Shown: positions 55,302 through 64,000 of the stretch, piece by piece
How positions within the stretch are numbered: the first letter of the stretch is position 1
How the letters are laid out: the number at the start of each line of letters is the position of its first letter
Source of the DNA: Candidatus Omnitrophota bacterium
GTDB taxonomy: Bacteria > Omnitrophota > Gorgyraeia > Pluralincolimonadales > Pluralincolimonadaceae
DNA: 64,000 nt
Direction: 5' to 3'
Assembly (NCBI GenBank): GCA_028716565.1
Contig: JAQUPL010000001.1
Coordinates: 19,545 to 83,544 of the forward strand
The notes under the pieces: generated by a model
Told to the model about the DNA's origin: nothing
Database searches by the model: none
The model's input: only the letters and a program-made list of their open reading frames with translations
Position numbers and translations under genes: made by a program

Positions 55302-56365
55302 AAAAAGCCGTTGTCGCTATGAGCGGCGGCGTCGATTCATCGGTCGCCGCTTTTTTATTGAAAAAAGAGGGTTACGAGGTCATCGGTATCACCATGCAGC
55401 TCTGGTCGAAGGACCTCTGCGGAAAACACGGAGGGAAGAGCTGCTGCTCGCTAGAGGCGATAGAGGACGCCAGGAAGGTCGCCTCGCTCCTCGATATCCC
55501 GCATTACGTAATGAACCTCGAGAAGGATTTCAGCGATTCCGTCATTAAGTATTTCTGCTCCGAGTATGAGAAAGGGCGGACGCCTAATCCCTGCGTCGTC
55601 TGCAACAGCAGGATGAAGTTCGGCAAGCTAATGGAGAGGGCGAAGGTCCTCGGCGCGGAGCATGTCGCGACCGGCCATTACGCGAGGCTCGGCCGCGGCG
55701 AGAGCAACGGCCGGTATTACATAAACGAGGCCGCGGACAAGACTAAGGACCAGTCGTATTTTCTCTTCGACCTGTCCCAGGAGCAGCTTGAACATACGCT
55801 CTTTCCGCTCGGCGGGTTATCGAAGAAAGAGGTCAGGGAGATTGCCAGGTCGAACGGCCTGAAGGTCCATGATAAGCCCGAGAGCCAGGATATCTGTTTT
55901 GTGATAAAAGGCGATTATCGCGATTTTATAAAGGACAAGATAAAGAGAGTGAAACCCGGCAGGATAGTCGATACCGGAGGAAAGGTTTTGGGCGAGCATA
56001 AGGGCATTGCGTTCTATACGATAGGGCAAAGGGAAGGCCTGGGCGTCGCGGCCGGTAAGCCGGTATATGTCGTAAAGATCGACGCAGCAAAGAATGAGAT
56101 CGTATTGGGCGACGCCGGAGAGGCGAAGGGCAGGGAATTGACGGCGAGAGGAATCTCATGGATGGCTGTAGAAGGACCGGATTCCGGCATCCGCGCTGAG
56201 GCGAAGATAAGGTATAACCACCCTAAGGCCGCCTGCGAGGTCATACCGGTCTCCGGCAAAAAAATGAAAGCCGTATTCGATGAGCCGCAGTACGCGATAA
56301 CCCCGGGCCAGGCATTCGTATTTTATGAAGGCGAAAAGATATTAGGCGGCGGATGGATAGATTAA
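55298..56365 (+). CDS. mnmA: tRNA-specific 2-thiouridylase
   Basis: VVAMSGGVDSSVAA PP-loop, catalytic-Cys context (NPCVVCN), and ...GQ.FVFY. Length is 355 aa. Confidence 0.9.
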   Translation: MKKAVVAMSGGVDSSVAAFLLKKEGYEVIGITMQLWSKDLCGKHGGKSCCSLEAIEDARKVASLLDIPHYVMNLEKDFSDSVIKYFCSEYEKGRTPNPCVVCNSRMKFGKLMERAKVLGAEHVATGHYARLGRGESNGRYYINEAADKTKDQSYFLFDLSQEQLEHTLFPLGGLSKKEVREIARSNGLKVHDKPESQDICFVIKGDYRDFIKDKIKRVKPGRIVDTGGKVLGEHKGIAFYTIGQREGLGVAAGKPVYVVKIDAAKNEIVLGDAGEAKGRELTARGISWMAVEGPDSGIRAEAKIRYNHPKAACEVIPVSGKKMKAVFDEPQYAITPGQAFVFYEGEKILGGGWID

Positions 56366-57153
56366 AAAAGATCTTAATGAGGCTGGGCAAGGTGGTGATC
56401 GCTTTTTCCGGCGGGGTGGATTCGACGTTCCTGCTCAAAGTAGCTAAAGATACTCTAGGCAGAAATAACGTCCTAGCTATCACCGCGACATCCGAGACCT
56501 ACCCGTCTTCGGAACTCAGGGATGCCAAGAGGCTCGCGAAAAAAATAGGCGTCAGGCAGGTGGTGATAAGGACCGGAGAGTTCAACGATCCCAGGTTCAG
56601 GAAGAATCCTCCTCAGAGATGTTATTACTGCAAAAAAGAGCTCTTTAAAGAGATCGGGAAGGTCGCCCGGCGCGAAGGGTTCAGGCATATCGCCGATGCC
56701 TCCAATTATGACGACAGGAAAGATTTCAGGCCGGGCAGCCGCGCCGCAAAAGAGAGCGGCGTAGCCAGCCCGTTAAAAGAGGCGCGACTGACCAAGGACG
56801 ATATACGCAGGCTGTCGAAAAAGCTGGGGCTGCCGACATGGGATAAGCCGTCTTATGCCTGCCTCGCGTCGCGCATACCTTATCATGATACGATAACCAG
56901 GCGGAAATTGGAGATGATAGAAAAAGCAGAGGATATCTTGCGGAATAATTACAGTTTCAGCCAAGTGCGCGTCCGCTGCCATGGTGATATCGCGAGGATC
57001 GAAGTGGCTCCGCGCGAGATACGGAAGTTCTTCAAAGGGGAAGCGGCTTCCGGGGTTGGAAAAAACCTTCAAAAACTGGGTTTTAAATATGTCACCGTGG
57101 ACATATTGGGTTACCGGACGGGAAGCATGAACGAAACTTTATGGAGACGCTGA
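56353..57153 (+). CDS. larE: ATP-dependent sacrificial sulfur transferase LarE (PP-loop)
   Basis: VVIAFSGGVDSTFLLK PP-loop, the SYACLASR Cys-containing loop, and VRVRCHGDIARIE / GFKYVTVDILGYRTGSMNE. These closely follow the Lactobacillus LarE pattern as I recall it. Confidence 0.85.
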   Translation: MDRLKKILMRLGKVVIAFSGGVDSTFLLKVAKDTLGRNNVLAITATSETYPSSELRDAKRLAKKIGVRQVVIRTGEFNDPRFRKNPPQRCYYCKKELFKEIGKVARREGFRHIADASNYDDRKDFRPGSRAAKESGVASPLKEARLTKDDIRRLSKKLGLPTWDKPSYACLASRIPYHDTITRRKLEMIEKAEDILRNNYSFSQVRVRCHGDIARIEVAPREIRKFFKGEAASGVGKNLQKLGFKYVTVDILGYRTGSMNETLWRR

Positions 57154-57857
57154 TGAAAGAGAAAGTGATCTTTTCCTGGAGCGGCGGCAAGGACAGCGCG
57201 CTAGCGCTCCATGAACTGAAAGAGACGGGTAAATATGATATTGCCGCATTGCTTACGACGGTCACGAAGGATTATGACAGGGTAAGCATGCATGGCGTAA
57301 GGACTGCGCTGCTTGAGGCGCAGGCGGCGTCGCTCGGCATAAAACTTGAAAAGGCGTTGATGTCGAAGGGTGCCTCCATCGAAGAGAACGAGTCGAAGAT
57401 CGGCGAGATAATGAGGCGGTATTTTGCCGAAGGGATCCTTTTGGCCGGAGCGGGAGATATCTGGCTGGAGGATGTGAGAAAATACAAAGATGACAACCTC
57501 GCGCGCATCGGGATGAAGGGCATCTATCCGCTATGGAAGCGCGACAGCGGCCAATTGGCCCGCAAGTTCATCGATTTGGGATTTAAGTCGGTCATCGTAT
57601 GCGTCGACTCGACGCTCCTTTCCAAGGATTTTATAGGCAGGGAGTTCGACGGGTCTTTTCTGGCCGACCTGCCTGCCGGCGTCGACCCATGCGGAGAGAA
57701 CGGCGAATTCCATTCATTCGTATACGCGGGCCCGGTATTCCGCCATGAGATACCGTTCGTAAAAGGCGAGATCGTACTCAGGGACAACCGCTATTATTTC
57801 TGCGACCTCTTGCCCGCAAATGCCGCCGTGGCGGCGCAGGAAACTGTTGATTTTTGA
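57141..57857 (+). CDS. PP-loop ATP pyrophosphatase of the Dph6/MJ0570-like (ATP_bind_4, DUF71) family
   Basis: VIFSWSGGKDSALAL PP-loop and an EFHSFVYAGP-type C-terminal motif. Confidence 0.7.
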   Translation: METLMKEKVIFSWSGGKDSALALHELKETGKYDIAALLTTVTKDYDRVSMHGVRTALLEAQAASLGIKLEKALMSKGASIEENESKIGEIMRRYFAEGILLAGAGDIWLEDVRKYKDDNLARIGMKGIYPLWKRDSGQLARKFIDLGFKSVIVCVDSTLLSKDFIGREFDGSFLADLPAGVDPCGENGEFHSFVYAGPVFRHEIPFVKGEIVLRDNRYYFCDLLPANAAVAAQETVDF

Positions 57858-57897
57858 CGTTTTTGTGATAACATAGGAAACCTAAACCAAAAAATTT

Positions 57898-57974
57898 GGC
57901 GGCGTAGCTCAGATGGTTAGAGCGAGCGGCTCATACCCGCTATGTCATCCGTTCGATCCGGATCGCCGCCACCA
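57898..57974 (+). tRNA. tRNA with CAU anticodon (elongator tRNA-Met or lysidine-modified tRNA-Ile2), encoded CCA
   Basis: Manually folded cloverleaf: acceptor GGCGGCG/CGCCGCC, D arm GCTC/GAGC, anticodon stem AGCGG/CCGCT with loop CTCATAC, variable loop ATGTC, T arm ATCCG-TTCGATC-CGGAT, and a 3' ACCA. The 1-72 G-C pair argues against an initiator. Confidence 0.85.
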
Positions 57975-58027
57975 TCCTATTTCGCGGAAAACAGAGGAAA
58001 AGGCATATGGATATGCCGCCATTCGAG

Positions 58028-58060
58028 AACAACCCGTTGTAATCAAGGGTTGTTTCTTGT
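58028..58060 (+). terminator. putative Rho-independent terminator downstream of the tRNA
   Basis: Inverted repeat AACAACCC(G)TTG-taat-CAAGGGTTGTT followed by a T-rich tail TCTTGTT. Confidence 0.5.
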
Positions 58061-58078
58061 TATTGAGGAGGGAAATCG

Positions 58079-58678
58079 ATGAAAAAGCTGGTCGTGTTTG
58101 TTTTGGCGTTTTCTTTCTTAGGCGTCTTGGGCCATGCCCAGATCCTGAAGCGTCCGGGCTCCGGCTCGGTAAAGACCGTCCAGAAGGTCGCGGTATATGA
58201 TGAAGGGAAAGGCATCTTTGTCCCGAGCGGATGGATGGGCGATGTGGGCGCGATAAAAGTCGAGCCCAAGTGCGCCGAAAAGCCGAAGAAGGGAAAATAT
58301 TGCATGAAATGGACATATGATATTTCCAAAGACGCCAAGAACGGTTGGGCCGGCGTTTATTGGCAGTATCCGGCGAACAATTGGGGTACCAAGAGCGGCC
58401 TCGATCTCACCGGCCACAAAAAACTTACTTTTTGGGCGAAGGGAGAAACGGGCAAAGAGGTCATAAATATCATAGCCGGAGGCATAAAAGGACAAGTCCC
58501 CGACTCGTTCGTCAAAGAACTGAAAGGCACTAAGCTCTCTTCTGGATGGAAGCAGTATACTATAGACCTTTCAGGCAGGGACCTCTCCAATGTCTCGGGG
58601 GGTTTTTGCTGGACGGCGGACAGCAAGTTAAATAAAGGGGCCGTAACTTTTTATTTTGACGATATACTCTACGAATGA
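58079..58678 (+). CDS. secreted beta-sandwich-like protein of unknown function (possible carbohydrate-binding module-like)
   Basis: Signal peptide MKKLVVFVLAFSFLGVLGHAQ. A W/Y-rich 180-aa mature region. No catalytic motif. Confidence 0.45.
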   Translation: MKKLVVFVLAFSFLGVLGHAQILKRPGSGSVKTVQKVAVYDEGKGIFVPSGWMGDVGAIKVEPKCAEKPKKGKYCMKWTYDISKDAKNGWAGVYWQYPANNWGTKSGLDLTGHKKLTFWAKGETGKEVINIIAGGIKGQVPDSFVKELKGTKLSSGWKQYTIDLSGRDLSNVSGGFCWTADSKLNKGAVTFYFDDILYE

Positions 58679-58682
58679 TCGC

Positions 58683-60071
58683 ATGCTCATCAATACGATA
58701 GAAAAGACGATTAAAAAATACGGGTTAATAGAGAAAGGCGACAGGGTGGTAGTGGCCGTTTCCGGAGGCCCGGACTCTACCGCGCTCCTGCTCGCGCTCA
58801 ACGGTTTGAAACGCGAGTACGGCCTTAGGCTCCGCATAGCCCATCTCGACCACATGTTTCGCGCGGCCGGGGAGACGAAGAAGGACCGCGAATACGTATC
58901 GTCGCTTTCCAGGAGGCTTGGCATCCCCCTTATTTTTGAGCGGATCGATGTCCCCGCGTACGCCAAAGAGAGCGGGCTTTCGCTTGAGGAGGCGGCGCGC
59001 GAGAAGAGATACGGATTTTTGCTCAAAGCCGCAAAGGACTCCGGCGCGAAAAAGATCGCGCTCGGCCATACCATGGACGACCAGGCCGAGACCGTCCTGA
59101 TGAGGCTTATCCGCGGCTCCGGTTTGGGAGGCCTGCGCGGCATACCGCCGAAGCGTCCCCTCGACGGCGTATTAATAGTGCGGCCGCTTATAGAGGCCTG
59201 GAGAAAAGAGGTCGAGGAATATCTGAAGGGGAAGGGCGTAAAACCGCGCCTGGATGCCACTAATTTTATGCGTAAGTTCCTGCGGAACAGGATCAGGCAT
59301 GAACTGATCGCCGTCCTCAAGAAATATAACCCGAACATCAAAGAGGTCCTTGCCAGGAGCGCGCAGAATTTCAGCTATGACTACGAGGCCCTCTCTGACG
59401 CCGTAGACAGGTCGTGCAAGGGATGCCTCAAGGCTAAGGGCGGTTCCGCGGCAGTGGACCTGCGGAGATTAAAAGGCAAGCAGGCAGGCATACGCCGCGG
59501 CATCCTGCGGAAGGCCATAGAGATATCAAAAGGGGACCTGCGCGGCATAGATTATTCACATATCGAGGATATAGAGGACCTCATAAAAACGGGAAAAGGC
59601 GCTATTGACCTTCCCGGAAAGATGAGGGTCGTGAGGAAAAAAGATGCCCTGATATTCGGCAAAACGGAAGCCGGGGCTGTTTTCCCCAAGGTGTTGAAAC
59701 GGATATCCGTGCCAGGATCGACGTTTATCCCCGGGCTGAAATTGACCTTCGCTACGAAGTTCTCGGGATCAAATGTGAAGCTGGGCGGATCGAAGTCCGC
59801 CGAATATGTCGATTTTGCGAAGATAAAAGGGCCCCTCTATGTAAGGACCTGGGAGAAGGGTGACAGGTTCAGGCCGCTCGGGATGGCTAAGGAGAAGAAA
59901 TTGCAGGATTTTTTCATGGACCTGAAAGTCCCCCGCGGCAAAAGGGAAAGGGTGCCTTTGCTCGTCTCCGGCAGGGATATAATCTGGGTTTGCGGCCTGC
60001 GGCTTTCCGACGCGGTGAAGATCGATAACGGCACGGAACGCGTCCTCAAGATCTCATACAAGACGGCCTAA
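58683..60071 (+). CDS. tilS: tRNA(Ile)-lysidine synthetase
   Basis: VVVAVSGGPDSTALLLAL PP-loop, ...RIAHLDHMFR..., and a C-terminal domain. The ATG at 58683 is preferred, just after the upstream stop; the ORF is open from 58656. Confidence 0.85.
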   Translation: MLINTIEKTIKKYGLIEKGDRVVVAVSGGPDSTALLLALNGLKREYGLRLRIAHLDHMFRAAGETKKDREYVSSLSRRLGIPLIFERIDVPAYAKESGLSLEEAAREKRYGFLLKAAKDSGAKKIALGHTMDDQAETVLMRLIRGSGLGGLRGIPPKRPLDGVLIVRPLIEAWRKEVEEYLKGKGVKPRLDATNFMRKFLRNRIRHELIAVLKKYNPNIKEVLARSAQNFSYDYEALSDAVDRSCKGCLKAKGGSAAVDLRRLKGKQAGIRRGILRKAIEISKGDLRGIDYSHIEDIEDLIKTGKGAIDLPGKMRVVRKKDALIFGKTEAGAVFPKVLKRISVPGSTFIPGLKLTFATKFSGSNVKLGGSKSAEYVDFAKIKGPLYVRTWEKGDRFRPLGMAKEKKLQDFFMDLKVPRGKRERVPLLVSGRDIIWVCGLRLSDAVKIDNGTERVLKISYKTA

Positions 60072-60076
60072 TTCTC

Positions 60077-60106
60077 TTGCCTTTTACGGCGGCTTTCTGT
60101 TATAAT
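60077..60106 (+). promoter_or_regulatory. putative sigma70-type promoter upstream of ftsH
   Basis: TTGCCT (60077-60082), an 18-nt spacer and TATAAT (60101-60106), 26 nt before the ftsH ATG. Confidence 0.4.
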
Positions 60107-60131
60107 CAAAACCTCTAAAGGAAGATCCCCG

Positions 60132-61964
60132 ATGGCAAACGGAAATAAGAAGAAAAAAAAGAACAATCAGGTATTTTTCATAACACAACGGCTGGTTATG
60201 GCCTTGCTGTTCGTTGTGATTTTGATGTATGTCTTCCGCGAGCCGATGAACCTGCAGCAGCAGTCCGAGGAGATAAGCCTCTCCGACTTCACCAAATTAC
60301 TCGTCGCCAAAAAAGTCGCGACCGCCGTAAAGAAAGACTATTCCATTACCGGGAAACTTGTCGGTGAAAAACCCTATAAGGTCTTCGTCCCGGATTTCTA
60401 TCCCGAACTCAATACTCTCTTGACGCAGAATACCGATTTTAAGGTAAGCGTAAACAACGCATTCTTGGCGAATTTCTTCTGGACCTTCGTGCCTGTCCTG
60501 CTGCTCATAGGGTTCTGGCTGTACCTTTCCAGGAACGCTCAGGCTGCCGGCGGCAGGATATGGTCCTTCGGAAAGAGCCGCGCGCGGCAGTTTGCCGGCG
60601 GGGCGGTGAAGATCACGTTCCAGGATGTCGCGGGCGTAGATGAAGCGAAGGAAGAGCTCCAGGAGGTAATAGAATTTTTGAAGGACCCGCGCAAATTCAC
60701 GCGCCTCGGCGGAAAAATACCGAAGGGCGTCTTGCTTATCGGCCCGCCGGGAACCGGGAAGACGCTCCTCGCCAAGGCGGTCGCAGGAGAGGCCGATGTC
60801 CCGTTCTTCTCCATAAGCGGATCGGATTTTGTCGAGATGTTCGTCGGAGTCGGCGCATCGAGGGTGCGCGACCTCTTTGAGGAGGCAAAACGCGCCGCGA
60901 AGTTAGGCGGCAAGGGATGCATAATTTTCGTCGATGAGATCGACGCGGTCGGAAGACAGCGGTTCGCAGGAGTCGGAGGCGGCAATGACGAGCGCGAACA
61001 GACGTTGAACGCCCTTCTCGTCGAGATGGACGGTTTCGGCACCCAGGAAGGCGTCATAGTCATCGCCGCGACCAACAGGCCGGATGTCCTTGACAGCGCT
61101 CTCCTACGTCCGGGTAGGTTCGACAGGGTAATTTACGTTACAGAGCCCGACATCATAGGAAGAGAAGCGATACTTAAAGTCCACGCGAAGAACGTGAAAC
61201 TGGCGCCCGAAGTAGACCTGAAACTGGTGGCGCAAAGGACCGTAGGATTTTCCGGGGCGGACCTGGCCAATCTCGTAAATGAGGCGGCATTGCTCGCTTC
61301 ACGCAGGAATAAAGATGCCGTTACGATGGAGGAGTTGGGCGAATCGATAGAGAGGGTCATTGCCGGGCCGGCGAGAAAGAGCCGCGTAATGTCGGCGCAC
61401 GAGAAGGAGATAACCGCCTACCACGAATCCGGACATGCCCTTCTTTCACTCCTGATCGCGAAGGCCGAACCGTTACATAAGGTGACTATACTTCCGAGGG
61501 GCATGGCAGGCGGGTATACGCTCACCGCCCCGTCCGAGGACAGGTATTATAAATCCAAGAACGATCTTTTTGCCGAGATAACCGTGTCGTTAGGCGGCCG
61601 CGCATCCGAGGAGATCATGTTCAACGATGTGACTACGGGCGCCAGGAGCGATATCAAAGTTGCGACCAAAATAGCGAGGCGCATGGTGACTGAATTCGGG
61701 ATGAGCGACAAGCTTGGAAATCTTACTCTCGGGTATAGGCCGGACCAGATTTTCCTGGGAAGGGATATCTATGAGGAAAAAAATTACAGCGACCAGACCG
61801 CATTGATCATAGACGAGGAAGTGAAGCGTATCGTCGATGAATGCTACATCCGCGCGAAACAGACTCTCATTGATAACAAGGACAAGCTGACCGCGCTGGC
61901 GACGAAGCTGTTGGATAAAGAGGTCCTCGACGTCAAGGAAGTAAAAGAACTCCTGGGGATTTAA
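60132..61964 (+). CDS. ftsH: ATP-dependent zinc metalloprotease FtsH
   Basis: N-terminal TM helices, AAA Walker [19 protein letters not shown], Walker [13 protein letters not shown], the SRH motif, and the zinc site HESGHAL. Confidence 0.95.
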   Translation: MANGNKKKKKNNQVFFITQRLVMALLFVVILMYVFREPMNLQQQSEEISLSDFTKLLVAKKVATAVKKDYSITGKLVGEKPYKVFVPDFYPELNTLLTQNTDFKVSVNNAFLANFFWTFVPVLLLIGFWLYLSRNAQAAGGRIWSFGKSRARQFAGGAVKITFQDVAGVDEAKEELQEVIEFLKDPRKFTRLGGKIPKGVLLIGPPGTGKTLLAKAVAGEADVPFFSISGSDFVEMFVGVGASRVRDLFEEAKRAAKLGGKGCIIFVDEIDAVGRQRFAGVGGGNDEREQTLNALLVEMDGFGTQEGVIVIAATNRPDVLDSALLRPGRFDRVIYVTEPDIIGREAILKVHAKNVKLAPEVDLKLVAQRTVGFSGADLANLVNEAALLASRRNKDAVTMEELGESIERVIAGPARKSRVMSAHEKEITAYHESGHALLSLLIAKAEPLHKVTILPRGMAGGYTLTAPSEDRYYKSKNDLFAEITVSLGGRASEEIMFNDVTTGARSDIKVATKIARRMVTEFGMSDKLGNLTLGYRPDQIFLGRDIYEEKNYSDQTALIIDEEVKRIVDECYIRAKQTLIDNKDKLTALATKLLDKEVLDVKEVKELLGI

Positions 61965-61965
61965 T

Positions 61966-63183
61966 ATGGACCTCCGCGTCATTGAAATAAAAGACCTGGA
62001 GGAGGCGGAGGAGGAACTTGCCGCGCTCAATGTCCATAAGGGCGGCGTCGCGATAATGGCGCCCAAAGCGGTCACGAGGATAATAAAGATCGGCGGGATC
62101 GATTCAGTGGCGCTGAATATCCTCAAGCAGGAGATGCTCTCGGCCGGAGGCGACTGCGCCGTCTCTTGGGATGCCTTCATAAGAAGGAACAAGGATTCCG
62201 AGGGGATACTGATCGGCACTATAGCGCAGATAAGCGAGGTCTGCGAGAAACTTGAAAAACAGCCGTTCGGGCTTTCCGCGCTGGCGCAAAAGATACGGGC
62301 TCTTGAGGCGGGTTATTGCAGGAAAGATATTGTGCTGCGCGCCGGCAGATATAAGTTGAACCTGGGGAAGCGCGCTCATATAATGGGCGTATTGAACGTA
62401 ACGCCCGATTCGTTCTCTGACGGCGGGATGTTTTTTGACAGGGAATACGCGGTCGGCCGCGGCCTGAAGATGGAATCGGACGGCGCCGACATAATAGATA
62501 TCGGAGGGGAATCGACACGGCCCGGAGCCAAGCCGGTCCCGGTCAGGGAAGAATGCAGGCGCGTCATCCCTGTGATCAAGGCCCTGGCAAAGCGGCTTCG
62601 GACACCTGTTTCGGTCGATACCTCAAAATCTGAAGTCGCGGAAAAAGCGCTGGATGCCGGCGCGGCGATGATAAATGACGTCACCGGGTTAAGAAGAGAC
62701 CGGCGAATAGCAAAACTTGCCGTCAGGTATAAGGCCGCGTTAGTCCTGATGCACATGAAGGGCTCGCCTCGGACGATGCAGAAGGACCCGCGTTATAAAG
62801 ACCTGATGTCGGAGATAGCGGACAGCCTGCGCAAAAGCGCCGCAGTAGCGGAGGAGGCGGGCGTATCCGGGGACAGGATCGTCGTCGACCCGGGCATAGG
62901 CTTCGGCAAGACGCTTGAGCATAACCTGATAATATTGAATAAACTGGGCGAATTGAGGTCTCTTGGTTACCCGGTCATGGTCGGGCCGTCGCGTAAGGCT
63001 TTCATAGGGAAGGTGTCCGGCGCCGGGACAGGCGGCAAGGTCCCGCCGGAGCGGGGCAGGGCATTCGGTACCGCGGCGGCGGTGGCTTTGGCCATAAATG
63101 CCGGCGCGGATATAGTAAGGGTCCATGACGTGAAAGAGATGCGGCAGGTCGCGCAAATAACGGAAGCTATCTCAAATGTTTGA
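61966..63183 (+). CDS. folP: dihydropteroate synthase with about 125-aa N-terminal extra domain
   Basis: The DHPS core from HIMGVLNVTPDSFSDGG through ...DIIDIGGESTRPGA... to ...VGPSRKAFIG. The N-terminal about 125 aa are not part of canonical FolP. Confidence 0.88.
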   Translation: MDLRVIEIKDLEEAEEELAALNVHKGGVAIMAPKAVTRIIKIGGIDSVALNILKQEMLSAGGDCAVSWDAFIRRNKDSEGILIGTIAQISEVCEKLEKQPFGLSALAQKIRALEAGYCRKDIVLRAGRYKLNLGKRAHIMGVLNVTPDSFSDGGMFFDREYAVGRGLKMESDGADIIDIGGESTRPGAKPVPVREECRRVIPVIKALAKRLRTPVSVDTSKSEVAEKALDAGAAMINDVTGLRRDRRIAKLAVRYKAALVLMHMKGSPRTMQKDPRYKDLMSEIADSLRKSAAVAEEAGVSGDRIVVDPGIGFGKTLEHNLIILNKLGELRSLGYPVMVGPSRKAFIGKVSGAGTGGKVPPERGRAFGTAAAVALAINAGADIVRVHDVKEMRQVAQITEAISNV

Positions 63184-64000
63184 AGAAATTTTCGATCTAT
63201 CGCAAGCGAAGACGCCCACCGAGCTCATCATAAAAGTCTGGAAACCGCTTATAGAGGTCGGGATAATCTGGTATATGATCTATAAGCTGCTCGAATTCTT
63301 AAAGGGCACGCGCGCCGTCCAGGTATTGAGGGGCATAATAATCATCGCAGTCATATTCTTCCTTACGCAGCAGCTCCGTTTCGACGTCATAAACTGGATA
63401 TTTACTAAACTCTTCGCCCTTTCGGTCATTGCTTTCCTGGTCGTCTTCCAGCCTGAGATGAGGAGCGGTCTCGCCAGGATAGGCAGGGAGAAAGTATTCG
63501 GGAACATAATAACCGAAGAGCGGACCATAGATGAAATCGCGAAATCAGTATCGATACTCGCCAGGAAAAAGATAGGGGCGATAATCGCGATACAAAGGGA
63601 AGTGAACCTCGAACCATATACCGAGAGCGGCGTCCAGCTAGACAGCGTGATCACGAGCGAGCTGTTGAACACGATATTTATGCCTAATACGCCCCTGCAC
63701 GACGGAGGGGTGATCGTCCACGGGGACAGGGTAGTGGCTGCCGGCTGCCTATTCCCGCTCTCGCAGAGCCCGGATATAAGCAAGCTGCTCGGCACAAGGC
63801 ACAGGGCCGCAATAGGGTTGACAGAGGAGACGGATTCGGTATGCGTGCTCGTCTCCGAAGAGACAGGGATAATATCTATCGCGAACGCAGGAAAGCTCAC
63901 GCGCGACCTGGACAGGGACCGCCTCATAAACCATCTGCGTTCCCTGCTCTACAGGCCCAAGAAAGAGAAGAGATCGCACGTGAAGTTGTCCATGGACCGT
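63176..64000 (+). CDS. cdaA: diadenylate cyclase CdaA (DisA_N domain), 3'-truncated by window end
   Basis: N-terminal TM helices, then a DAC domain (IGAIIAIQRE..., the DGA-type motif LHDGGVIV, and GTRHRAAIGLTEETDSVCVLVSEETG). The ATG at 63176 overlaps the folP stop. The ORF runs to the window end. Confidence 0.8.
   Translation, partial: MFEEIFDLSQAKTPTELIIKVWKPLIEVGIIWYMIYKLLEFLKGTRAVQVLRGIIIIAVIFFLTQQLRFDVINWIFTKLFALSVIAFLVVFQPEMRSGLARIGREKVFGNIITEERTIDEIAKSVSILARKKIGAIIAIQREVNLEPYTESGVQLDSVITSELLNTIFMPNTPLHDGGVIVHGDRVVAAGCLFPLSQSPDISKLLGTRHRAAIGLTEETDSVCVLVSEETGIISIANAGKLTRDLDRDRLINHLRSLLYRPKKEKRSHVKLSMDR

Noticed and set aside
57898-57974. tRNA-CAU as initiator tRNA-fMet
   Set aside because: Positions 1-72 form a G-C pair, whereas bacterial initiators have a mismatch. 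The anticodon stem shows C29-G41 / G30-C40 / G31-C39 rather than the G29-G31:C39-C41 triplet.
1-64000. CRISPR arrays, IS elements, rRNA genes
   Set aside because: No spacer-repeat periodicity, transposase/integrase-like ORFs or rRNA-like conserved stretches were seen. Intergenic space is minimal.

Overview
This 64-kb window is densely coding, with about 62 protein genes and one tRNA. Every feature I can support is on the + strand, and intergenic gaps are short. Many start codons overlap the preceding stop, which indicates operons. GC is roughly mid-50 % with one local dip, judged from sampled lines only.

The left third (about 5.8-26.6 kb) holds a 19-gene, co-directional, atypical type II secretion / type IV filament locus. 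It contains two tandem GspE/PilB-class ATPases with MshE-N-like c-di-GMP-binding signatures, a GspF platform protein, and a GspG-type major pseudopilin with GspI- and GspJ-like minor pseudopilins. Two giant GspK-like proteins follow, one carrying a PA14 domain, and they bracket a secreted beta-helix protein. The locus continues with a lysine-rich TPR lipoprotein, a PilM-PilN (GspL-like) fusion, a GspM/PilO-like protein, a possible GspC/PilP-like protein, and a TPR protein with a secretin N0-like domain. It ends with two tandem short secretin cores and a small secreted YbjQ/DUF74-like protein. Part of this locus is clearly lower in GC. This locus is my best candidate for the undescribed system.

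Upstream of it are a YibQ-like divergent polysaccharide deacetylase, tsaD, an MgtC-family protein, an unusual bactofilin fused to an excisionase-type helix-turn-helix domain next to a second helix-turn-helix membrane protein, and larB-larC of nickel-pincer cofactor biosynthesis. larE sits about 50 kb away and no larA is present in the window.

Downstream are housekeeping genes (polA, glgA, coaE, rho, rpmE, prfA, prmC, murA, rpsP-trmD-rplS, rnhB, rlmN). A Wood-Ljungdahl-type methyl-branch folate operon (fhs, fchA-like cyclodeaminase, folD, metV, metF) is followed by a split cobalamin methionine synthase, with the activation domain as a separate upstream ORF and the core MetH downstream. After these come panB, nfnAB-like genes, and a run of four PP-loop ATP pyrophosphatases (mnmA, larE, a Dph6-like protein, tilS) around a tRNA-CAU gene. 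The window ends with ftsH, an extended folP and a partial cdaA.

I found no CRISPR arrays, transposases, integrases or rRNA.
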